Below, one piece after another: positions 31,258-41,937 of a DNA stretch of 64,000 nucleotides. Numbering within the stretch: position 1 is the stretch's first letter; the number at the start of each line of letters is the position of its first letter. Both the position numbers and the translations under genes were made by a program. This DNA comes from an uncultured delta proteobacterium (GTDB taxonomy: Bacteria > Desulfobacterota > Binatia > UBA9968). The notes under the pieces are model-generated. The model had not been told where the DNA came from. It made no database searches and saw nothing but the letters and a program-made list of their open reading frames with translations. The DNA lies in NCBI GenBank assembly GCA_963755715.1, contig CAVWLW010000034.1, positions 60,638 to 124,637 on the forward strand, in the 5' to 3' direction.

Positions 31258-33564
31258 TTAGAGCCAATTATTAATCATTAAAAAAGGCGACCAAAATCCC
31301 GGATGCTCATAGCGCGGATTGTTGATTAACTTTAGCTGCGCGCGCTGTAGCGCGACGGCCCTAGAAATGGAGGAATCTTTAAGCTCCCGGTAAAAATCTA
31401 TGACGAGGTCCACTGCAGCTTCATCATTGATGCTCCACAGGGTAGCCAGGGCGCTCCTGGCACCCGCTTTGATCGCCACGCCTGCCAGTCCCAACGCCGC
31501 CCGGTCATCTCCTGCGGCGGTGTCGCAAGCGCTCAAGGTGAGCAGCTCTAAAGGATCGTCGCGGAATCGGAACACGCCGATCATCTGATTGAGGCGATCC
31601 AATGATACTTTGTCATCGAAAGTGAGAAGAAAAGTATTGTCGACGTCATTACCAAACTCACCGTGCGAGGCGACGTGGACGATGCTAAATTGTTCTTCTT
31701 TCAGTTCCTTTTCAAAATTGGCCGTGAGGAATTCGCGGTCGACAAGATTCTTGCTTCCCAAAAGAGTGTGCAGCTCTTGAAGCTCCGCTGATACATTCGG
31801 CAACGCCGGAAATCCCTGAACAGCTTCCGTCACGCCAACGGCCAAGACCTTCATGCCCTCCCGTTTGATCGGCCGCGGATCGGTGAGATTCATGCTGGGG
31901 GTAATGCCCAGCGCATATTTGGCGATCAGGAATTGTTTGCCATCGTGCAGGGCTGCCATCGGAATTGTACGCAGCGCTCCGTCCGGAACGAAGATTAGGG
32001 TATCAATGGAAAACGCTGCCAAGTCCGGCTCTATAGGACGGATCAACCAGTCATAGAGTTTTTGAGCGTGAGGGAGATACTCTCGTGTTGTCCGTTTCTC
32101 CAGCTTGCGCCGGAACTCCCGCACCTCTTGCGTAATAGTCTCCATTCCTACCGGAACCGAAACTTGCTTCAGCCCGGTTGGCAAGCCGATCAGCAATTCT
32201 GTTCGATCCGGCAAAAGGATCGGATAGATGATGACGGTTGTCTTGGCCACAACGTCGAGCTTGGTAACTTTAGACAAAGCTGTGTCCACGCAGTCGTCGC
32301 GAAAATAATCCCGCAACTCGGCCGCCTTGAATAACTCCACCGTGTCGCGCGCTTCAATCAAGTATGGAGCAACCTGGTTCGGATCCCGCAGTGACTGTCC
32401 GCGTTGTAGAAGCAGATCCACCAACTCGAAGTACAGCGGTCCCATCGTTTCACGGAATGACGTTTGTGGAGCTCCGTAGCTGGCTGACAGCTCGGGTCGT
32501 ATCGACTGAAGCGAACGCACCGCGCGCCGGTATGCTCCAATAGCATCGTCGATGTTTCCTTGTTTCGTGAGCAGACGTCCGGTTTGCCATTCCCAGCGAT
32601 ACAGAGACTCGGGAGCATTTATTTGCTGGGCTGCGAACGTGGCACGACGCGTCAGCTGCAAAGCCTCGTCATACCTGCGTTCGTCTTCGTACAGCTTACC
32701 GAGATAGCCCCAGGCGTAGGATGACGTTCGCCGATCTCCTATACTATCACTGATCGTACCCGCTTCAGTAAAAGTCTGGTGCGCAAGCAGTAACAAGGAG
32801 TCCTTCAAGTCTGGAAGTCTTGACCGAAGATCATCGTAGGCCAACCCGATAGTGATCAAGCCGGAAGCTTTGTCGTGTGACGGTTCCAACGCGCGAATCT
32901 CATCCAACGCATTGTCGAGGAGCGCCTTGGCTTCCTTATATTGCTTATTTTGCATCGATGCTGTGGCTGCATTGATCAGCGCTTTTCCGGCCAGTACACG
33001 GTTATTGCGGGACTTCGCGAGGGCGGCGCTCTCGTTATACGCAGCAATCGCTTCGGGGTATTTTTTTTGCGCGGTTAGCAGGTTTCCCAAATTGTTGAGG
33101 ATCGTTGCCGAAAGATCCTGATTGTTCAGTTCCTTAGCGATTCGAAGCCCCTCGGTCAAATTTTTGAGGGCTGCGTCCTCAGGACCGGTGGCAATGTAGA
33201 GATTTCCGAGCGCACCGAGCACGGAGGCTACTTGTGTACGATCGCCGGCTTTTTCGGCCAGGCTCAGAGCTACATCAAGATTTTTTCCGGCTTCCTTGTA
33301 TCTACCCAGCGCTTGATTGGCCTGTGAGAGGTAAACCAGCGCTTCGGACTGCCGCCGGATTTCGCCTCCGCGCTCGTATAACTGAGCAGCTTCTGTCCAG
33401 CTCAAAGCAGCCTGTTCGAAGTCACCTCGTTGAAACAATTCCAGGCCGATCTTTATTTGGCGATCTGCGGGCGAGACTTCGGCAGCGAATAATGGGGAGC
33501 AAAAATCGGCAACAGCACAAAATAAGAGCCCTAATAAAAGAAAGCGAGAATGCTTAACACGCAT
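31258..33564 (-). CDS. TPR-CHAT (caspase/HetF-like) protein with signal peptide
   Basis: TPR repeats (LNNLGNL), PDGALRTIPMAAL, HVASHG (His), LSACDTA (Cys), HPGFWSPF. Confidence 0.92.
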   Translation of the reverse strand: MRVKHSRFLLLGLLFCAVADFCSPLFAAEVSPADRQIKIGLELFQRGDFEQAALSWTEAAQLYERGGEIRRQSEALVYLSQANQALGRYKEAGKNLDVALSLAEKAGDRTQVASVLGALGNLYIATGPEDAALKNLTEGLRIAKELNNQDLSATILNNLGNLLTAQKKYPEAIAAYNESAALAKSRNNRVLAGKALINAATASMQNKQYKEAKALLDNALDEIRALEPSHDKASGLITIGLAYDDLRSRLPDLKDSLLLLAHQTFTEAGTISDSIGDRRTSSYAWGYLGKLYEDERRYDEALQLTRRATFAAQQINAPESLYRWEWQTGRLLTKQGNIDDAIGAYRRAVRSLQSIRPELSASYGAPQTSFRETMGPLYFELVDLLLQRGQSLRDPNQVAPYLIEARDTVELFKAAELRDYFRDDCVDTALSKVTKLDVVAKTTVIIYPILLPDRTELLIGLPTGLKQVSVPVGMETITQEVREFRRKLEKRTTREYLPHAQKLYDWLIRPIEPDLAAFSIDTLIFVPDGALRTIPMAALHDGKQFLIAKYALGITPSMNLTDPRPIKREGMKVLAVGVTEAVQGFPALPNVSAELQELHTLLGSKNLVDREFLTANFEKELKEEQFSIVHVASHGEFGNDVDNTFLLTFDDKVSLDRLNQMIGVFRFRDDPLELLTLSACDTAAGDDRAALGLAGVAIKAGARSALATLWSINDEAAVDLVIDFYRELKDSSISRAVALQRAQLKLINNPRYEHPGFWSPFLMINNWL

Positions 33565-33576
33565 ATCTTTTCTCCG

Positions 33577-35352
33577 CTACCTACCGAAAAACTCTAGAGC
33601 GAACTGTAGATGAAACCCGTGGTCTTGGAGAGAATTCTCAGGATTCACAACTTTTCTCAGTCGATAGCCATAGTACATTTCGAACGATGGCCGGATTGGA
33701 ATAGGCCGTAAAAAGGAAAGCGCCCAACGGACGCCCCAGCCTACACTTGAGATATCCTTAGGATCAGGGGTTTTTAGGTTCACAAGCCACCCCTTCCCGT
33801 AGTCAATGAACGGGGCCAATTCCAGATAATCAGCCCAGCTCGTATTACTGATGACGGGCAGACGAATCTCGAAGGAGGCTAAAGCTGCCTTGTCTCTCAG
33901 CATCGTGTTCTCCCGGTATCCGCGCACACTATAGCGCCCTCCTATGGAAACCTGCTCGAGGGACAGAAGGGGAGAATCAGCGTATTGGAACTGCGACCGA
34001 AATATCCCATAGCTATCCAACAATCCAACATTCTTAACCCATGGATTCTGACCGAGAGGTTGGAGCCATTGCCCAAAACGTTGAACGAATTGAAATTGGC
34101 CTAGCCACGCGAAGAAAATCCCGTCCGGTAAACCATTGTGATTAACGGTCGCTCCCAATGCGTTCAGCCCGAACGAAAAACGCGATCGTGCAGCGAAAAC
34201 TTGAGACTGCGTACGATAGACGAATTCCTGGGCGGTGCGCAGAGCGGCTACCACGGATCGGCCGTGCTGAGCACCGGGCTCGAAAGAGAAGTCCTCCCCC
34301 AAGAGCTTCGTCTGTAGCCAGAGGCGCTCGCCGGTAAGCTCCAGAGCCAAATCGCTGTTGAGCGTCCGATAGACAGGCTGTCTCAACGTAAAGGTGTAAA
34401 TATCCGATTTGCTATCGACGTTCAGCGGCTCGAATGGCTGCTCGATTACGGACAATGTGTTTCTGCGATACTCGTAACTCAGAGCCGTGTCGTAGGCGTT
34501 GAACGGGAAAGAATATTTAAAATCGAGCAATGGATTGAGACCCTGCGATCGCCCGTATTGGCCAAAAAACACATCTCCGTTGCCGGTGAGGTTTTCGTGC
34601 CACAAGGTTACGAGCCCGCGGTTCTCGCCCACTGAGGGTGACTGGTAATTGTTGTATTCCGTAATGAGCCTGTAGGGCGTCCGCTCTTCGACGCGCACGT
34701 CCAAAATGCCCTCACCGGGCTTTAGCCCCGGCTTCAGCTCGGCGTTCAGCCGCTGGATGCGCGAGTCATCGAGCAGGAGTTGCAAGCGCCGCTGCAATGC
34801 ATTGACGTTCAGCGGCGGGCCGGCATCCAGTAAAAATCTTTTTTGGAAATAACTGTCGCGAAACCACCGGTTTCCTTCCACATCAACAGCACTTAACGTG
34901 CCCTCGATGATCTGATAAGTCAGCACACCTTCGGTCACTGTTTGATCTGGAAGGATCGCACCGGAATTGACGTAGCCGTTGTTGACATAGAGGAGGGTCA
35001 GGGCCACTCGAAGCGCCTCCAGATCCTCCGATGTGAGTTCCCGGTTCTTATAGGGATCGGTGACTTTGGCCAAGTCTTCAGGCGAAAATACCGTGCTGCC
35101 AACAACTCTGATCTCGCGGACAAAGGCGCGCAATCCTGGGAATGGCGTCGCTTGTGGCGGAATGGGAGTAGGAGGTAGCAGTGTCCCTGGCGGTTGTGCG
35201 GGAGCTTCAAATTGCTTGGGCAGCGGCGGTGGTTCACCCGAGCGTCCGGTTGGATCGATCTGAGAAGGAACGGCGATCGGAACAACCTGAGCACCGGCTG
35301 ATGAGCAGATTACAAAGAAGACGACCAGCGCAAATGACCGAATGACTTTCAT
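33577..35352 (-). CDS. ShlB/FhaC/HecB family two-partner secretion outer membrane transporter (TpsB)
   Basis: POTRA (IRVVGSTVFS, YVNNGYVNS), IGGRYSVRGYREN motif, beta-barrel C-terminus. Confidence 0.92.
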   Translation of the reverse strand: MKVIRSFALVVFFVICSSAGAQVVPIAVPSQIDPTGRSGEPPPLPKQFEAPAQPPGTLLPPTPIPPQATPFPGLRAFVREIRVVGSTVFSPEDLAKVTDPYKNRELTSEDLEALRVALTLLYVNNGYVNSGAILPDQTVTEGVLTYQIIEGTLSAVDVEGNRWFRDSYFQKRFLLDAGPPLNVNALQRRLQLLLDDSRIQRLNAELKPGLKPGEGILDVRVEERTPYRLITEYNNYQSPSVGENRGLVTLWHENLTGNGDVFFGQYGRSQGLNPLLDFKYSFPFNAYDTALSYEYRRNTLSVIEQPFEPLNVDSKSDIYTFTLRQPVYRTLNSDLALELTGERLWLQTKLLGEDFSFEPGAQHGRSVVAALRTAQEFVYRTQSQVFAARSRFSFGLNALGATVNHNGLPDGIFFAWLGQFQFVQRFGQWLQPLGQNPWVKNVGLLDSYGIFRSQFQYADSPLLSLEQVSIGGRYSVRGYRENTMLRDKAALASFEIRLPVISNTSWADYLELAPFIDYGKGWLVNLKTPDPKDISSVGWGVRWALSFLRPIPIRPSFEMYYGYRLRKVVNPENSLQDHGFHLQFALEFFGR

Positions 35353-35542
35353 CGCTCGATGTGAATTCGTTACGACAATAACTCTCGGCAGCGCTCACGC
35401 TCCGGCTTTGAAGCGTGTCGAAACGGGCCGAGTAAACGTGGAGGATCTAAGGTTTCGTGCCGGGCTCGGAACGGCAAGAGAAAAGCAAATACCGCAGCTC
35501 CGCGATCAGAGGGCAATTTGTTTGCCGGGCGAGAATAATCGT

Positions 35543-38500
35543 CTATGAACATTTACTGTTCGGCAGCAAAGTATACCGATCCAAACGTCGATCCCTTGAC
35601 CCAAGAAGACTCAAATCGGAAAACTGATTGTAACCGGTCGCTTTTGTCCCTGTTACGGCCGTATTCGCATCGTTTGCTACATAGAGCGGGCTCGGTAATA
35701 GATCTCCCGGCTGGAGAGGGAGACCGTCGCGCCCACCAACCACTAGACTGCTGGTCTTTCCTCCGGCGAATCTCGCTGCGCACGCTGCCCGCAGAAGTTC
35801 CGTTGCCTTGAAGCGGCGTTTCCGGTAATTGAGTCACGCTTCCTTCAACATTGGTAAACGTTGCCTCAATATTGACCGTTCCCGGGGTGCTCAGAGCCGA
35901 AGAGGCGTCGACAATTCCCGTTAGCGAGGTCGGAAATGCTCCGTTGCTATTCACCAAAAAGACATCCGCCGTGATGTTGATATTGCCACCTGGTCCACCG
36001 AAGGCGTTGGCCAAGATCCGGCTATTATCCAGGACAATGAGATCGGAATCGAGAGTAATGTTCCCACCGCTTCCTATCCCGCTCTGAACACTCGTCGTGA
36101 TATCACTGTCAGTCAGATGAACTAGCGATCCAGTGGTGGTGATCGTGATATTACCGCCATCCGCCAGAGTGGCCTGCGGTCGTGATGCTACCGTTCTGCA
36201 TGCTTGAGGTCGCTGGTGACGACGTTCACATTGCCCGCTGTGGCTGTTGCGGTTCCAGTGCTGTTCGCTGAAATAGTCGCTGCGTCTACGATCTGAACCT
36301 GCGGCGCTTGAAGATTGATATCGCCTCCGGCCCCGGTGCTTGACGCCGTGCTGAACAGCCCGGTTCCTGCGCCCGAGATCGAGGCCGAGTTAGCCGCCGC
36401 AACAACGATATCTCCTCCCAACCCACTGCCGCTCGTGCTGCTATCGACTCTAGCGCCACCCGTTTGCGTAAAGTTGGTCACGTTCAGCGCGATGTTGCCG
36501 GCATTACCCGCGCCTGAAGTCGCCACCGAGATCGTTCCGCCATCGCCCATCGTCAACGTCGGCGTGGAAACATTAATCTGTCCCGCATTGCCGGTGCCGG
36601 AGGCGGTGCTGAACAATCCGGTACCCTGACCAGATATCGAGGCCGAGCTCCGTCGCGTTGGCCGACACGCTTCCACCTTGACCTGAGCCGCTCGTGCTGC
36701 TCACAACCTGCGAGCCGCCCGTGAGGTTAAGAGCGTTCGTGTTCAGCAAAATGCTTCCTGCGCTTCCGGCTCCCAATGTCGCTACCGATATCCTCCCACC
36801 GTCAGCCATGGCCAATGTCGGCGTGGACACAGCGATCTGCCCGGCGTTCCCGGAGCCCACGAAGAACTGGCCCGCAAGCGTTCCGCCACTTTCGGAGGTA
36901 ACACCCCCACCATTCTGGACATTGACCTGATTGGCGCTCAGGGAAATATTACCCGCATTGCCATTGCCGAACGTAGTGGTCGATATGGAGCTACCTGCTC
37001 CGGTTGTTGGCGATCGGCCAGAGACAGAGATCGTGCTGGGACCGGTGGCCGTAATCGTCACGCTTCCGGCGTTGCCAGCGCCAACACTCTGTTGGCCGGT
37101 CAGGAGCACAATGCCACTGCTGCTGCGGATCGCCGCTCCGTCTTTTAAAAATAAGGAGCCAACATTGCCAAGAACGGCGCCAGCGTTGCCGTTCCAGCCG
37201 GTGGACGTTTCCATCCTTGTGTCCGCATTCATTGCCAGCAACGGCGTGGTAAACGAGACTCTACCCGCATCACCAGGTACGAAGTCCGTGACAGCTACCA
37301 AGGGATTGCCGGCCGAAGTCATCGCGTTGAGTTTGGCAAGGACCTGCATGAGATCGCCTGGGGCTGGCGCTACCCCTAGCCGCGTACGCAGCGAGGCATA
37401 GGTGAAAGTAGCGGCAGGGACCCCGAAGACGCCGGCAAATTTTTGGGCGAACGCGTCGTACTGGATATCCGGCGCCTGTAACGTTCCGCTCAAGATGCGG
37501 CTGTTTGCGCCCGTCAAGGTAATCGACTGACCCGCCGTCACGTCTACGACGCCCCCGTTTCCCGAGCCGAACGTATTCGCAGTAACCTGAAAGCCATTCT
37601 GAATATCAATATTGCCAGTGGCCGTGAGCCTTATACTACCTGACTCACCGACTAACCCGCTTTGCGCCGCGATCCGGCCAGTTTCGGCTCCCGCGCCAAC
37701 GAGAAGCATGTTCGCAGCGTTGATATTTATCGGGCCGCTACGACCAAAGGCAAAGCTATCGGTAGTTATCCGCGCATTCTCGAGAACCGTGAGGTTCCCG
37801 GTCAGATTGATTGTGACCGGAGCGCTATCGGCAAACTGAAAAAACGGCGAGAACAAAGTTGGCCCCTGGCCATACGCTGGATGAAAGTTGCCTGTCGAGC
37901 CGATGCCGGTAGTGCGCGAGCTTCCGTCCGAGGCGAGCGTCATATTGTTGCCGCTAATCGTGAGCGAGCCACCGCCGGTGGGAAAACTGCCTCCCCCGAA
38001 GGAATTCGACAAGGCTATGGACGAGCCTTTCCGCACCTCGATTGTATCCGCTTTGATCACGACATTGGAACCGTTTCCTGGCCCGAACCGATTAGCCACG
38101 ATTCCTGCTCTCCCTGACATGGAGAACGCGCCGGCTTCAATGTTAATCCCGGGCGCATCACCCACGACAGGCGTAGTACTAAACGACGCCCCGTTGAACG
38201 TAGTGATACCCGGAAGAGCAAGCGCAATAGGCGACTCGGACCCGGTGATAGTGACGGCATCGCTGACCTTAATGTTTACCTGGCCGCCAGCTGGAGCAAC
38301 TGCGCCGGGCAAGCGTACTGAGAATAAGAGGCCTGGAAATAGCGTAGCATCCGTGATCTGGAGCTGCCCACCGCGGATGTTGATTTCCCTTGCGTCGATG
38401 AGCGCACCACCCTTAATTTGGATATCGCCAAGTTTCGCAAAGGAATCGACATTGATGGCGGTGCCGATCGTGGCTTCACCGGGCGAGGCGACGCTCGCTA

Positions 38501-39242
38501 AGTTGACAACACCACCCTGACCACTCTGACCTTGCGCGAGGATAAAGCCTGCAGGAGGCTGCCCGGAGGGAGCGCCCACGCTTACCGGCCCGCCGACCAA
38601 TGAAAATGATTTTCCGTTGGGCACCTGCAGCCGAGTCGCGAACGACCCAGTGCCTGTCTGAACATCGATAGCTGCAGGATTGGACGTCAAAAAACCGAAC
38701 GCCGACGGGGGTGCTGAAGTCAAAGCACTGGCTTTTGCCGGATCGGCAAATAAAACGCCATCGGTTCCGAGCTTAACGTAGTCGGCTGTTGTGGCGTAAA
38801 ACGAGCCGCCGACATTGAGCGCCGCGGTGCGCCCGAAGATCCAACCGGCTGGATTCATCAAAAAGAGATTGGCCGCGCCGAAATTCGTCGCCGTTTGAAT
38901 AGTGCCGAAAATATTAGAAGTCTGCCCTCCGGTAACCCGGCCCACGATATTCGAAGTGGCAAGGCCGCTGTCGTTGCTAAAATTGGCGGTATTTCCTGTC
39001 GCAATATTAAACTGGCCGAAACTATGAAATAGATTTGAGCCTCTTCGATCTCCTCCGGTGATGGTGCATGTCCCACCAAGACATGGTGCACTGGTCGAAC
39101 CGTTGATCGCGGTACCCAAGCCGCTGGACGTGATGTTCGTAGTGACTTGGGCACTGACAGACGACACAGCGAGCGCGGCGAATAGCAGCACAGCCACCAT
39201 CGTCGCTCGGTAAGGACCGTGGAATGTCTGCGTCGTCACCAT
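35543..39242 (-). CDS. Filamentous-haemagglutinin-type TpsA exoprotein, split by several frameshifts (about 36645, 36200-36180, 35810)
   Basis: GGAGGAG SD, signal peptide, TPS domain NLFHSFGQFNI...NLFLMNPAG; Gly/Thr/Asn beta-helix repeats; C-terminal ANAFGGPGGNINI...GGRDGLP. Confidence 0.88.
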
Positions 39243-39343
39243 CTCCTCCTGTCCTTCGACCCAACAAATCTCGACGGCTTCGTTCCCAGGGGTGGCGAAG
39301 CATAGATCGACGCCTCGCCACCCAATTGCACCCCTAACAAATG

Positions 39344-40560
39344 TTACAAGCCCGAGACCTTCCTGGTTTCGAGATCGCCTACGACGCGCGTGCCGACGCA
39401 CACGCTCTTCCCTTCCTGCTGAACCACGGTGCCAATGCACGCCTCCATAGTTAGAGTAGCGGTCTTTTTAGCAAGATTTATTGTGTTCTCGACTACGCTA
39501 TGGCCGTTTATACACGATGGCACCTTGCATGCTAGCGTATCCGGATTTGGGAAGCTGCAGGAGTCTGGTTTGAAGACAGGAAAGTTAGGATCGTTCAGAA
39601 GCGTTCACCGTTATAGTCGCCTGATTGATCGCTTGAACTGCGATAGAATTGTTCGTGCTGTGCGGTTCTAAGTTGTTGCCAAGTATAGTTAAGTTGATGC
39701 CGCCTTGGTCTTTGCCAGGACGACAGTCCGCATTGATCGTTGTTGGACTGTACTCGGTATCAACCGTGAGGAAGTTCGCGACTGTGGCTTCCGCGGTGTT
39801 CTTAACTTGTGATCCCTTCAGGTCACAAAATGCCGCTTGCGCCGGGTTCCACGTGTCGGAATGACAGAATTTATTTCCGGTCTCTCCCATATCTATAATT
39901 TGTGCGTTTTGAGCGCATACGGCGCCCTCAAGAATCTGGCTGAACGAATAGACCACTTTCGTCGTTCCGAACGCGGCTTGGCACTGATTCTGGGTCATTG
40001 GCACAACTTTCTGTCCTTGCTTCGCACCCCAGCCAAGATTCCACGTACAACCTTTGCTGGTATTGCCGTCTGGGTCGCTGCCTGCGTAGGAGCAGAAACT
40101 TGCACCGGTACAGTCGATCGTTCCTTTTCGTTCGGGAACGGTTGCGGTCGGGCAGATACCGCTAACTGTCAGCGTGCTGCTCGCCGGGTTGGTGCCATTG
40201 TTAGCACAACTCTCGCTGAGATTGTTAACTTCGATATGAAGTTTGCAGGTGGCGGTCACCTGAAAGTCGGGAGTTCGGGCGGTATCTGTGAACGTGCATA
40301 ATACACTGCCGTCTTGAGTTACGCTGTCAGTCCCAGGGGTCGAACCGCGAGTGAGTTTGGTGGTGCCTTGGACCGCTTCGCAGTTAAGAATGGGATCCCA
40401 TCCTCCATCCCATGAGCTGGGAGGAAACGGTTCCCAACCGAACTCGAATTGCGCGGAGGCCGGTGGCGCAAACAAGGACCCGAGCGCGAGACACGCTAAC
40501 AGTGAAAATAATTTTGCCAAACGAGCGACTGCTCGACAATCGGTAGAATAGCTTTTTCAT
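39344..40560 (-). CDS. Exported cysteine-rich hypothetical protein (about 400 aa after correcting shifts near 40525 and 39605)
   Basis: SD + MKKLFY start, signal peptide ending ASA-Q; ORF 39585-40520 plus an open downstream frame LLNDPNFPVFKPDSC...KVSGL*. Confidence 0.65.
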
Positions 40561-40852
40561 TTTATCTCCCTCTTTTTTCAGCTCGTGTAAGCGACACAGA
40601 GCTGGCTGGTTTAACATGTTGATCAATTCCGAAACGACGGAAAATCCGTCCCTGTAACTAAACAATATCTAGAGCGACTCACGAAGGGTCACGTGCGTCT
40701 TGCATCCGCATAGTTCCTCCTCCGTTTCTGTGGGCTTGATCTCGCCCACACTCTGGCAACGCTTCCAATATCACCGAAGTATATTTTCGATACATGCTGC
40801 TATTCATTTATGCTCACAACCCCAGCCTTCGGATCGCCTGACTGCCCTCCGC

Positions 40853-40979
40853 TTACGCCTTGCCGCTCTCGGCGACCGCCAACTGCCCGTCCGCCGCGGC
40901 ACGGATGGCTGGCGTGGGTAGCACTAAGGTCGTAGCGATAAAGGTCCAAAGAAACGAAGATCGCTATCGTTTTCTTCAT
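40853..40979 (-). CDS. Putative 41-aa peptide, mostly signal sequence (needs one base removed near 40945)
   Basis: Corrected reading MKKTIAIFVSLTFIATTLVLPTPAIRAAADGQLAVAESGKA*; TTGACA-N18-TAGCGT upstream at 41054-41025. Confidence 0.35.
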
Positions 40980-41217
40980 GTTTAACCACCGTTCCCCAAG
41001 GCGCGAGATAGCGAGAGTGGCGGTACGCTAGTCATAGTCATTGCCTTCTGTCAAGTCCTATCAAAAGGTGTCAGATGGCCCCGAAATGAACCAACCCCTC
41101 CCTCGGCGCAAGCGAAAAACAGCGATGCATTAGGAAATGCTGTCGAACGCGAGCACAAGAACGCATGGATTATGCCATTGGGGTCGTTGCTCAACCAATA
41201 TGAAGTTTTTTACTAAA

Positions 41218-41323
41218 CAGATTGCTGAAAACCTGTTCATCTTCGAGAACCTCAGGACGAACGGAGAGGCGCTTTGAAATGACTGAGAGCTGTCGAAGCA
41301 TTCCGAACTTTTTCAGCAACCTG
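41218..41323. mobile_element. MITE-like element, 106 bp
   Basis: 14-bp terminal inverted repeats CAG(A/G)TTGCTGAAAA; internal CTTCGA..CTCAGGACGAACG / GTCGAAG repeat arms; no ORF. Confidence 0.55.
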
Positions 41324-41434
41324 CTAATCCGTTATTTCGTTCCGCACTTGGACGGATTAAATTAATCCGCTGTCAACTTGTGGTTACGTAGGCGTAAACT
41401 TTTGGATCGCAGAGTGTAAACAAACGGATTCGAT

Positions 41435-41741
41435 CTATTTCTCGTCCAGCGCAATCACGCCGTCCCATGTTTCTGGCGGCGGAGTTCTTTTGTATTCGTC
41501 GCAGAGCTTGAGGTTAAAACTGAGCCGGGCCATCGTTCTCGGAGTTTGCAATCGCCAAGTGAAATTTTTCTTTTGCTTCATCCCAAGTCTGCCGTCCGAA
41601 TGCGCCCAACGCATCGGCAAATTGCTCGGCGGACTTTTTATGTTTTTCGTCCACGTTTTCCGGTCGGCCCAATAGATGCACCACAATCGGCTGTGCCTTG
41701 CCTTTAAGCATGAATTTGCCTACTTCGCGGGCAACTAGCAT
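41435..41741 (-). pseudogene. 3' remnant of a class III adenylate/guanylate cyclase
   Basis: AREVGKFMLKGKAQP...DGPAQF / PPETWDGVIALDEK* tail; catalytic core absent. Confidence 0.7.
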
Positions 41742-41937
41742 TCTTATCTGAGCCCTGCCGATGCAATGATGTTCGTGCGCGTGCGCGATCGGTGAGCGAA
41801 CGCAAGCGCCTTCTACGCAGTGGCGATGCTAGACAGTCCATGTCGAGGGATATCGAAATTCTGCGGAGCACGCGACCCGGCTGTGTTTGCCTGGATCCGT
41901 GGAGGTTTAAGAAAAACACCCGGATGCCACGTCAGTC

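Noticed and set aside
40679-40711. 10-aa ORF MRMQDARDPS behind a GGAGGAGG SD
   Set aside because: Strong SD but too short and featureless; could be a frameshifted fragment
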